Below are positions 8,521-16,640 of a stretch of DNA of 21,617 nt, one piece after another. Both the position numbers and the translations under genes were made by a program. Source of the stretch: an uncultured Bacteriovoracaceae bacterium (lineage in GTDB: Bacteria; Bdellovibrionota; Bacteriovoracia; Bacteriovoracales; Bacteriovoracaceae); assembly GCA_964012805.1 (NCBI GenBank), contig CAXGUD010000057.1:1-21617 (forward strand). Reading direction: 5' to 3'. The first letter of the stretch is position 1, and the number at the start of each line of letters is the position of its first letter. The notes under the pieces were generated by a model, which was not told where the DNA came from, did no database searches, and was given only the letters and a program-made list of their open reading frames with translations.

Positions 8521-9630
8521 ATGAAATACAACGAAATTAAAGTTCCCCAACTAGGTGTTAATGATGATTTTGTTATTTTAAATAATTATCTTTTTCAGGA
8601 AGGGGATAAGGTAACAACGGATGAGATCGTTGCAATTGTTGAATCAACGAAAATGAGTATCGATATCAATACAGATCATGGAGGTCACTTTTTTCCTCTT
8701 TGTGAAGAGGGCGCCGAAATAAAGGTAAACGAACCATTGGGCTATATTTTTGAAACAATGGAAGAGTTAAATCACTTCAAGGCAAGTTACACTTCACCTA
8801 AAGAGTCCTCTCCTCTAGAAGAAAAAGGTGTTTCTAGTGGAAAAGTAACCAAAAAGGCAAAAGAATTGCTTAAAAGACATTCCTTGAGTTTAGAGGATAT
8901 TAAGCCTGAGTCAGGAATTTTAAGAGAAAAGGATGTTTTAAACTTTCTTGCATCAAAAAATACCGATGTTAAGTTTCCCGAATATCAAAAAGATAGGGAA
9001 CAAGTTGTCATTTTTGGTTGTGGCAAAGGTTCCCGGACAGTTATGGAAACATTATCTACAAACCAATCGTATCAGGTCGTTGGTTTTATTGTCGATAGGG
9101 CAGACCCCCCAGAAGGGATAGATGGCCTTCCTGTCTTCAACCTCCCTGATTATGAATTTTTAAAAAGCAAAGAAATTTCTACAGTGGCCCTTGCCATTAC
9201 AAACTCCTTAGAGCGTTTGGATATATTTAGAAAATTGGTAAAGAGTGGATTTAAGGTGATCAATGCCATTCATAAATTGGCCTATGTTTCTCCAACGGCA
9301 TCTTTGGGCCAGGGAAACCATGTTAAGGCCGGTGCAATCATTGACACCAATTCAAAGATTTCTGATGCCTGTATTATTGATAATAACGTGACAATACCTC
9401 ATGACAATATTGTTAAAGAGGGTGCTCACCTCGCTCCAGGCGTAACTTTGGGGAGTAGTATCACTATAGGAAAAAATGCCATCGTGGGGATTGGCTCCAG
9501 TATTTCTTCTGGAGTTGTGGTCGGTGACTTTTCTGTTGTTTCGGTAGGGTCTTCTGTTACCACAAATGTTGAGCAGAATTCAGTTGTTGAAGGAGTCCCA
9601 GGAAAGGTTATAGGGATGACTAAAAAATGA
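8521..9630 (+). CDS. Fusion of lipoyl-carrier domain, peripheral subunit-binding-like domain and NeuD/PglD-type hexapeptide sugar acyltransferase
   Basis: aa 1-77 EIKVPQLG..EGDKV..VESTKM (Lys44); aa 109-143 VTKKAKELLKRHSLSLEDI..GILREKDVLNFL; aa 161-369 VIFGCG, AITN..R, NAIH, hexapeptide repeats with PHD..HLAPG and GVPGK. GAGGT SD upstream. Confidence 0.85.
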   Translation: MKYNEIKVPQLGVNDDFVILNNYLFQEGDKVTTDEIVAIVESTKMSIDINTDHGGHFFPLCEEGAEIKVNEPLGYIFETMEELNHFKASYTSPKESSPLEEKGVSSGKVTKKAKELLKRHSLSLEDIKPESGILREKDVLNFLASKNTDVKFPEYQKDREQVVIFGCGKGSRTVMETLSTNQSYQVVGFIVDRADPPEGIDGLPVFNLPDYEFLKSKEISTVALAITNSLERLDIFRKLVKSGFKVINAIHKLAYVSPTASLGQGNHVKAGAIIDTNSKISDACIIDNNVTIPHDNIVKEGAHLAPGVTLGSSITIGKNAIVGIGSSISSGVVVGDFSVVSVGSSVTTNVEQNSVVEGVPGKVIGMTKK

Positions 9631-10265
9631 CGGCACATATTTTTTTAGATTTTGATGGAACCCTCATTGACTCCCTCGACTCTCTTTATAAAGCTTATTT
9701 AGGAATTCTCAATCAATTTGGAATCGAAGGAAGTCGTGTTGAATTTGATCTTCTAAATGGGCCATCCATTTGGGAGGTCACTCTTTATCTTAAAAAAAAA
9801 TATGGGATTGAAAGAGAAGCGGAAGAAATTTATAAAATGTACAATGAGATCATAAAGAGAAAATACTTAGATTCCAAACCCTTTTCCGATTCAGTTCTCT
9901 TTTTGGAAAAGCTCAAAAACTTAGGTGTTAAATCCTCTTTAGTAACGTCAGGATCAGAAGACCTTGTTGGCGATCTTCTAAAAAGATTGGACTGGTCAAA
10001 ATATTTTCAATTTATTGTCTATGGAACTGAAGTTAAAGAGTCAAAGCCAAGCCCTCTCATTTACCTTAAGGCCTTGGAGCTTTCAAAGGCCAGAAAAGAA
10101 AAGGTAATAGTTGTGGAAGATTCCAAAAATGGAATTAAGGCTGCCATAGGAGCGGGCCTTAAAGTTTACGGATTGGAGTCTTATCACACTTCTAACGAAC
10201 TCAAAGAAGCAGGCGCACATAAAACTATCGAAAAGATTTCTTCACTAATTCCTGAGTTAAACTAA
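9627..10265 (+). CDS. HAD-superfamily subfamily IA phosphatase (CbbY/beta-PGM-like)
   Basis: DFDGTLIDS, VTS, KPSP and VVEDSKNG motifs; ATGA overlap with the upstream gene. Confidence 0.88.
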   Translation: MTAHIFLDFDGTLIDSLDSLYKAYLGILNQFGIEGSRVEFDLLNGPSIWEVTLYLKKKYGIEREAEEIYKMYNEIIKRKYLDSKPFSDSVLFLEKLKNLGVKSSLVTSGSEDLVGDLLKRLDWSKYFQFIVYGTEVKESKPSPLIYLKALELSKARKEKVIVVEDSKNGIKAAIGAGLKVYGLESYHTSNELKEAGAHKTIEKISSLIPELN

Positions 10266-10844
10266 TAAGTCATTTAAAAAGCTTGAAGTCCTGTCAACAC
10301 TATTGCCTTGAGGTCCTGTGAGGAATTGCTCATAAAATTCGTTTGACACTCGAGGCTTTTTAAAAAATTGAGAGCTTGATCCTTCCTGGCAAAGTTCGTT
10401 TATATCTTGCAAAAAATGATCAGGTGTACGTGATATAAAGACTCTTTTTTCTAAAAGCGTTTCACAGGATGCTCTTAGTTTTATGGCCCTTGAGTCAGTT
10501 AGGAGAAGTATTGGAGCTTTGGTCGCAATAACTTCACAAAGGGTGGTACTTGGAAACTCGAGTATAAAGACATCCATTTTTTTCATAATATTTGAAAGCT
10601 TTGCTTTAGAGGAATAAAAAATACCTCCTTTTTCAGGAATAGACTTCTCCAAACCTGTACCAAAGTTTTCGAAATCGTAACCACTTTTAAAGTGGAGTTT
10701 AATTTTATCTTTGTTTTCAAAGTATTTAACGGCTTTATATCGAATGTCCAAAGTAGAGGCACTATCGTAGGCTCCAAACCTCCAAAGAACAAAAATGTCT
10801 CCTATAGGTCCACAAATGTAGCAGATATTAAGTTTTGATTTCAC
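10257..10844 (-). CDS. Hypothetical protein resembling the C-terminal Rossmann domain of a GT-B-like glycan transferase
   Basis: MDVFILEFPSTTLCEVIATKAPILLL resembles the D..I...ST...EA....P pattern of GT-B C-domains; GTG start with GAGGA SD, GTGA overlap with the upstream ORF. Confidence 0.55.
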   Translation of the reverse strand: MKSKLNICYICGPIGDIFVLWRFGAYDSASTLDIRYKAVKYFENKDKIKLHFKSGYDFENFGTGLEKSIPEKGGIFYSSKAKLSNIMKKMDVFILEFPSTTLCEVIATKAPILLLTDSRAIKLRASCETLLEKRVFISRTPDHFLQDINELCQEGSSSQFFKKPRVSNEFYEQFLTGPQGNSVDRTSSFLNDLLV

Positions 10845-12079
10845 ATTAAATCCTCAAAATAGGCAGAGCCGGTGACCACATTATTTGCTGAATAAGTTGG
10901 AAATATTTCTTTGGTTTCATCTACAAAGTCTTTCACAAGTTCGCTATAGATGAGGTAATGGGAGTTTTCTTTATTTTTTAAGTTTCTTGTGCAAACTGGA
11001 GATGGAGAAAGACCATCCAATAAGCCTACCGTACCTCCATGAAGGGCCAGGACGCTCTGGATGCCTTCTCTGTCTGCGAGGTAAAACATGAGGTCTGTTT
11101 CAGTGAGTGAGTCAGTTGTAAACATTAACTTGAATTTAAATTTTTTATTAAGAGCTTTGAAAGTCTTCGCTAAGCCGCTCATTTTTTCTAGGTCTTCAAA
11201 AATAACTTTTTTAATAAGAGGCTCAAAAAGGGGAAGGAAGTTAACACCTTCTTTTAAAGTCCAAGGATGGCCATCTAGTTTAGTCATTAAATCCTTAAGG
11301 AGTTCATTTTTATCAACGGATAGGGAGCCTTTTTTTAAAAAAGGTACATCTTGCCAATAGAAAAATTCCAAATTTTTATTTTTTTCTTTTAAGGCCTTTA
11401 ATATTTTTTGTTTACCAAATGAATGACTGAAAACCAGCACCCATTTTTTTCTACTAAAAGGGAAGCTGAGAAAAGACGAAAAAAATGACGTATAACTTTT
11501 CCATTTCCGGTCTCTAAGGATGAATCTAAAAAAATTTTTGATGAAGCTTCGCGGGTAATACCAATAGGGAAAGGTCAAATCAAGCTGATGTTTTTGAGGC
11601 TTGCTTTTAATGATTTCTTCTAAATTGAGTTTTTCTTTAAATAGGGAGCAGAGAGTGTAAAAGGTATTTACTTCTTTTTTACCGTCAAAGGTGTAATAAA
11701 CTTTTTCTTCGAAATGGTCTCTCACTATTTTGAGTTTATTAAGTTCATTAATGGCCCTATAAAAGGGGAACCTCAAAGAATGAAGGCGTGCCGTAAAGGG
11801 CCAAATTTGTTCCTTTTCAAATTTTGGAATCTTTTGGTGAATAATTTTATCTGCATCATGGCACCATGAATAGAGTCCCTTTAATTTTTCATACTCTTTA
11901 TCAATTTTTACTTCCTCTTCTTTTTTGGAAATGTCTGAAAGGGTAAGGTAAGGGAGTTTTTTGTTTCTTAAAAAAATGACAGCTTCAGTTGTCCATGCAA
12001 ACAAAGCGTCAATTCCTGGCCTATAGTGAGGTTCAAAAGATTCAAAGTCAGAAGCGCCATGGACGATAAAGCATTGCAT
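10841..12079 (-). CDS. Hypothetical glycan-biosynthesis protein resembling the N-terminal part of a GT-B-like transferase
   Basis: Ends with GIQSVLALHGG..YLIYS..VVTGSAYFEDL, resembling the (Q)HG / vtGspxfd pattern of capsule and sialyl-type transferases. ATG at 12079 avoids overlap with the upstream gene (ORF-track start 12124). Confidence 0.5.
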   Translation of the reverse strand: MQCFIVHGASDFESFEPHYRPGIDALFAWTTEAVIFLRNKKLPYLTLSDISKKEEEVKIDKEYEKLKGLYSWCHDADKIIHQKIPKFEKEQIWPFTARLHSLRFPFYRAINELNKLKIVRDHFEEKVYYTFDGKKEVNTFYTLCSLFKEKLNLEEIIKSKPQKHQLDLTFPYWYYPRSFIKNFFRFILRDRKWKSYTSFFSSFLSFPFSRKKWVLVFSHSFGKQKILKALKEKNKNLEFFYWQDVPFLKKGSLSVDKNELLKDLMTKLDGHPWTLKEGVNFLPLFEPLIKKVIFEDLEKMSGLAKTFKALNKKFKFKLMFTTDSLTETDLMFYLADREGIQSVLALHGGTVGLLDGLSPSPVCTRNLKNKENSHYLIYSELVKDFVDETKEIFPTYSANNVVTGSAYFEDLM

Positions 12080-12101
12080 AGTTATACTCTCGGTATCTAT
12101 C

Positions 12102-13226
12102 TTAAAAGCAAGTGGAAAGGTCAATGCACTTGGTTTTAGTTTTCGTTTTCATTATTTCAAAAATATCCTTATAAACAAAGAGCAGGTAATCCAGTGAGTA
12201 TTCATCAATTTTGTTTGGGGGAAGAATTTCCATTCGATTTTTCCCAATGGCGAGCCCATGTTTTAAGGTATCTCTGTCAAAGCAGACCGAGCAAAGCTCA
12301 TTAAGAATTGGATAATTGGCAATGAAAAGGTTTGTACTTCCTCCAGCTCCATAAAGACCTATCTTCTTATTTTTGTAAGGGCCTAAAAGCTGGTTAATTT
12401 TTTGTGTCGTTTTTTGGATGTTTTCTTTATAGGACTCCACAATTTGCCTCGCTTTTTTGACAGGAGGCGCAGGCAGGACAGGCTTACTTGAACTTTTTTT
12501 GAAAATAAAGTGCATACAGAAATTCTCTCTTTCACTTGCAATGTACTCAAGTCCAAGAGAAGTAAAAGCATAGTGGAAAAATTCGAAATGGAAGCAGTTA
12601 ATATGTTCATGAAAAACACTATAATAGGGTCTTTTTTCTACAACGGCTTCAATGTCAGGGACCTCTATAATTAAAAAACCATCTTCTTCAAGAAGCTCAG
12701 AGATTTTTTCAAGGGCAGGACGGGGGTTATTTAGATGTTCTGCACAGTGATAAGAAAAAATAAGGTCAAATTTTTTATTTTTAAATGGGTATTGTACAAA
12801 GTCACCTTCAATAAAATGATCGACCATCTCTTTTGATTTGTCACAAACATTAAAATCAACAATGGTAGTTTCGAGTTTTGATTGGGGGAGTTGAAAGAAA
12901 ATTGAATTAACCCCTCCTCCAACATCTAAGGACTTAAGGTCTTTTCGTATTGAGTCCCCAATATGCGTTTGAAGGAATTTTATACGCCTTTCATGTATTG
13001 TGGGAATATCTTGAATAAAGACGTAGTTCTCATATAAAGATGAAATGAACTCATCCGTCATATCTTGAAGCTGAAGATGCCCGCATGTCTCACAGAGGTA
13101 GAGCTCACCTTCTTGATAGAGAGGGTCCTCTTTTTTGGATGGCCAAATATATGTTGGGAGTTTCTCAGTTGTAAAAACCTTTTTTACATTTTTTTCATAG
13201 CACCAACGGCAGCGGCTAAGGCCCAT
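12102..13226 (-). CDS. Class I SAM methyltransferase with N-terminal Zn-binding and C-terminal C-methyltransferase-type domains (NDP-sugar C-methyltransferase-like)
   Basis: CRWC..CETCG, LDVGGG, FDLIFSYHCAEH, IEVPD, FHEHINCF and IGLYGAGG; ATG at 13226 with AGGGG SD. Confidence 0.78.
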   Translation of the reverse strand: MGLSRCRWCYEKNVKKVFTTEKLPTYIWPSKKEDPLYQEGELYLCETCGHLQLQDMTDEFISSLYENYVFIQDIPTIHERRIKFLQTHIGDSIRKDLKSLDVGGGVNSIFFQLPQSKLETTIVDFNVCDKSKEMVDHFIEGDFVQYPFKNKKFDLIFSYHCAEHLNNPRPALEKISELLEEDGFLIIEVPDIEAVVEKRPYYSVFHEHINCFHFEFFHYAFTSLGLEYIASERENFCMHFIFKKSSSKPVLPAPPVKKARQIVESYKENIQKTTQKINQLLGPYKNKKIGLYGAGGSTNLFIANYPILNELCSVCFDRDTLKHGLAIGKNRMEILPPNKIDEYSLDYLLFVYKDIFEIMKTKTKTKCIDLSTCF

Positions 13227-13355
13227 TTTTGAGTACCCCTTTTCTGTTTTATTCACGTACACTTATGGATTAGTAAGGCATTGAATGGATTTTTATGGTT
13301 TCATTTTTCGCATTTTTTGTAAAGATTGCACTGCTTTTGATTTGTCGTGTCAGGT

Positions 13356-16300
13356 TTATTGCAAGTAATGAACGCCTTCACTCTTTTTTGAAGAGGAATT
13401 GAGATAAACTCCATTTAAAAAAGCTGAGGCGAGTTCGGTATTTGTGATGAGAGGACAGTTGTACTTAATAGCAATTTTCCTAATTTCCTTTCCAAAGTTA
13501 AACTTTTTTGGAAGGTCTTTACCAATCAAATTAATGACTAGGTCGATTTTTTTATTCTCCAAATCTTTAGAGAGTTTATCCAGTTGGTCCTTGTTTTCTT
13601 CAACCTCTTTGAACTCTGCATTGTTAAGGAAATCTTTTTTTATTTTAAAGTTGGTTGTGACAGGTAAACCTAGGTGAAAAGACTTATCTATAATTTTTCG
13701 GGTAAGAGGGTTTCCTTCCTGGCCTTCTGAAATGATTAAAATTCCCTTTTTAGGCTTTTTAAGGCCTACTGACTCTGTTGAGAGGAGTAAAGAGTTTTCT
13801 AAGCTCTCAGAAATACAGCCCACTTCACCCGTTGAGGACATTTCGACCCTTAATTTAGGGTCAACCCCATCAAGTCTATTAAAGCTAAACATAGGAGATT
13901 TGACACCGACTCTCTCTTTATTTTTAATCGTTATATCGTTTGAAGAAAAGCTAGTCCCAAGCAAAATTTTTGTTGCAATTTTTGCTAAGTTTACTCCAGA
14001 GACTTTAGAAACAAAGGGAAAAGACCTTGAGGCCCTGGCATTGCACTCTATGACCTTAACTTGGCCACCTTTAACAAGAAATTGAATATTAAAAGGGCCG
14101 TTAAGGTTTAAAGACCTAACTATTTTTGATCCATAGTCTTTGGCCTTTTTTAATTGATGAGGCTCAATGGTTTGGGTTGGATAAACTATAGTTGCATCTC
14201 CAGAGTGAACACCAGCTTTTTCGAGGTGTTCGGAAAAAATGGCAATAACAACCTCTCCCTTTTTAGCAACTCCATCAAGTTCAACTTCCTTAGCTCCTTC
14301 AATAAATTTTGTCAGGAGGACTGGATGTGATTTAGAAACTTTTCCCGCTTTGACTAAAAAGTCTTCCAGTTGAGCTCTATTATGGGCCACTTTCATTGAA
14401 GTTCCCGAAAGAACGAAGCTAGGTCTCACTAAAATAGGAAAACCAATACTTTTTAAAAAATTATCAACTTCGTGAATATCATTTGCTGAGATGAATTCAG
14501 GCTGGTCAACTTCCAAACCTCTTAATATGTTGGAAAAGACCACTCTTCCCTCTGCTCTTCTTATGCTTTCTATGCTGTGACCTATTATGGGAAGACCATT
14601 TTTATTTAAAGTTTCGGCCAGGCAATTAGGCAACTGTCCGCCCATACAGACGATGGCACCATTAAAGTTTTCATAGTCTGAAATATCTAAAATTCTTTCT
14701 AAAGTGAGCTCTTCAAAATAAAGTCGGTCTGCAGCATTAAAATCGGTAGAAACCGTTTCAGGGTTACAGTTTATAATTATACTCTTTATATTTTCTTGCC
14801 TAATAGCTTCAGAGCAAGTGACCGCACACCAATCAAATTCAACACTGCTTCCGATCCTGTAGGCTCCACCACCAAGCAAAAGGTAAGATTTTTCATCTCG
14901 AAAGAACTCAACGTCGGACTCTTCACCAAAATAAGTAAAATAAATATAGTTTGAGGGGGCCAAAAACTCCCCTGCGGTTGTATCAATTTTTTTGGCAAAG
15001 GGAAAAACTTCAAGTTGTTTTCTATAATTTCTAAGGGCGTTTCGGAAGCTGCCTAGGTCAATGTGATCATCGTAGTAGGGGGCTTTTTGGGTTTGAAGGT
15101 TTACAATTTGGAGGTCTGAAAAACCCGCCTGCTTCCATTTTTTAAGGGTTTCTTTATTTATAGATTTTAGGAAAACTTGGTATTCAGCGTTTGATTTGAA
15201 GGCCTTTCCTAATGCAGAGTTTGAAATACTTTTTTCAATTTTTGTAAGGTCGCTTATCTCACAAAGAAACCATTTATCGATAAAAGAAGAATTTGAAACG
15301 TCTTCTAAACTGTGGCCTCTTCTAAAGGCTTCAAAGATTTTTAAAATGCGGTCAACGGTAGGAGTTGCAATGTCTTCTAGTATATTATTCGTATTCGAAT
15401 AGGTGTGATCCAATGAAAAAATATGTTCATTTTCATGAACCATTCGTAGGGCCTTTTGGACAACTTCTTTGAAAGAGCGACCGATGGCCATAATTTCACC
15501 GACCGACTTCATCGTTGTTCCAAGGCAGTCTGAAACACCAACAAACTTTTTAAGGTCCCACTTAGGTAATTTCAAGGCCACGTAGTCAAGGGAAGGTTCG
15601 AAAAGGGCAGATGTTGTTTTTGTAACAGGATTTTTTAATTCGAGTAGGTTATATCCTATAGAAACTTTAGTCGAAAGGTAAGCAATGGGATAACCAGAAG
15701 CTTTACTGGCCAGAGCACTCGATCGAGATAACCTGGCATTAACCTCGATCACGTAGAAGGCCTTAGAAAATGGATCAAGAGCAAATTGAACATTACACTC
15801 ACCGACAATCTTTAGGTGGTTAACAATATTCAGCGAAGTTGATCTTAGGAGCTGATATTCTTCGTCGGTTAAGGTTTGGCTAGGGCATATAACAATGGAA
15901 TCTCCTGTATGGACTCCAAGGGGGTCGAAGTTTTCCATATTACAAATAGTAATGGCGTTCCCTTCACCGTCCCTCATTACTTCATATTCAACTTCCTTCC
16001 AGCCAAATAAGGACTTTTCTAATAATATTTGTGAAGAAGAGGAGAGTGCTTTTGTTGCTAATTTTTTGAGTTCCTCTTCTGAGTGGACAACACCACTTCC
16101 TAGGCCACCGAGTGCAAAAGCGGACCTCACAAGAAGAGGGAAACCTATTTCTTTTGCTGCCGAGAGGGCCTTTTCCAAAGTCGTTGCTGCAATACTTGGA
16201 ACGACTGGGATTTTGAAGTCCGTCATGAAATTGGCAAAGAGTTCCCTATCTTCTGTTAAGTTGAAGGTAGGTAGTGGTGTTCCTAGATTGCAAATATTGT

Positions 16301-16640
16301 ATTTTTCTAGAACTCCTTTTTCGTCTAGCTCTAAAATGCAATTGATGGCAGTTTGGCCACCACAATTAGCGATGATTCCGGCGGGCCTTTCTTTTTCAAT
16401 AACTTTTTCCACCCAATGGGCGTTGATAGGGTAAAGATAAATTTTTCTATTTTCTTTGGGATCGGTTTGGACGGTTGCGATATTAGGGTTCACAACAATA
16501 ACTTCAAGGCCTTCTTCTTCTAAAGATCTTAAAGCTTGGGTTCCGGAGTAATCGAATTCTCCAGCTTGACCAATGGATAAAGCTCCTGAACCAAGCAAGA
16601 GGACCTTTTTATTTTCTTTTAACCGGGGATTTAGTGGCAT
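13356..16640 (-). CDS. carB: Carbamoyl-phosphate synthetase large subunit
   Basis: GSGALSIGQAGEFDYSG, NPNIATVQTD, GVHTGDS, EVNARLSRSSALASKA, NCNPETVSTD, GVHSGDA and ECNARASRSFPFVSK; two ATP-grasp halves; 1094 aa. Confidence 0.97.
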   Translation of the reverse strand: MPLNPRLKENKKVLLLGSGALSIGQAGEFDYSGTQALRSLEEEGLEVIVVNPNIATVQTDPKENRKIYLYPINAHWVEKVIEKERPAGIIANCGGQTAINCILELDEKGVLEKYNICNLGTPLPTFNLTEDRELFANFMTDFKIPVVPSIAATTLEKALSAAKEIGFPLLVRSAFALGGLGSGVVHSEEELKKLATKALSSSSQILLEKSLFGWKEVEYEVMRDGEGNAITICNMENFDPLGVHTGDSIVICPSQTLTDEEYQLLRSTSLNIVNHLKIVGECNVQFALDPFSKAFYVIEVNARLSRSSALASKASGYPIAYLSTKVSIGYNLLELKNPVTKTTSALFEPSLDYVALKLPKWDLKKFVGVSDCLGTTMKSVGEIMAIGRSFKEVVQKALRMVHENEHIFSLDHTYSNTNNILEDIATPTVDRILKIFEAFRRGHSLEDVSNSSFIDKWFLCEISDLTKIEKSISNSALGKAFKSNAEYQVFLKSINKETLKKWKQAGFSDLQIVNLQTQKAPYYDDHIDLGSFRNALRNYRKQLEVFPFAKKIDTTAGEFLAPSNYIYFTYFGEESDVEFFRDEKSYLLLGGGAYRIGSSVEFDWCAVTCSEAIRQENIKSIIINCNPETVSTDFNAADRLYFEELTLERILDISDYENFNGAIVCMGGQLPNCLAETLNKNGLPIIGHSIESIRRAEGRVVFSNILRGLEVDQPEFISANDIHEVDNFLKSIGFPILVRPSFVLSGTSMKVAHNRAQLEDFLVKAGKVSKSHPVLLTKFIEGAKEVELDGVAKKGEVVIAIFSEHLEKAGVHSGDATIVYPTQTIEPHQLKKAKDYGSKIVRSLNLNGPFNIQFLVKGGQVKVIECNARASRSFPFVSKVSGVNLAKIATKILLGTSFSSNDITIKNKERVGVKSPMFSFNRLDGVDPKLRVEMSSTGEVGCISESLENSLLLSTESVGLKKPKKGILIISEGQEGNPLTRKIIDKSFHLGLPVTTNFKIKKDFLNNAEFKEVEENKDQLDKLSKDLENKKIDLVINLIGKDLPKKFNFGKEIRKIAIKYNCPLITNTELASAFLNGVYLNSSSKKSEGVHYLQ

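Noticed and set aside
6569..9630. Housekeeping pyruvate, acetoin or branched-chain dehydrogenase operon (pdhABC/acoABC)
   Set aside because: The third gene lacks the E2 catalytic domain, no E3 is present and the E1 motifs are atypical, so no gene symbols were assigned
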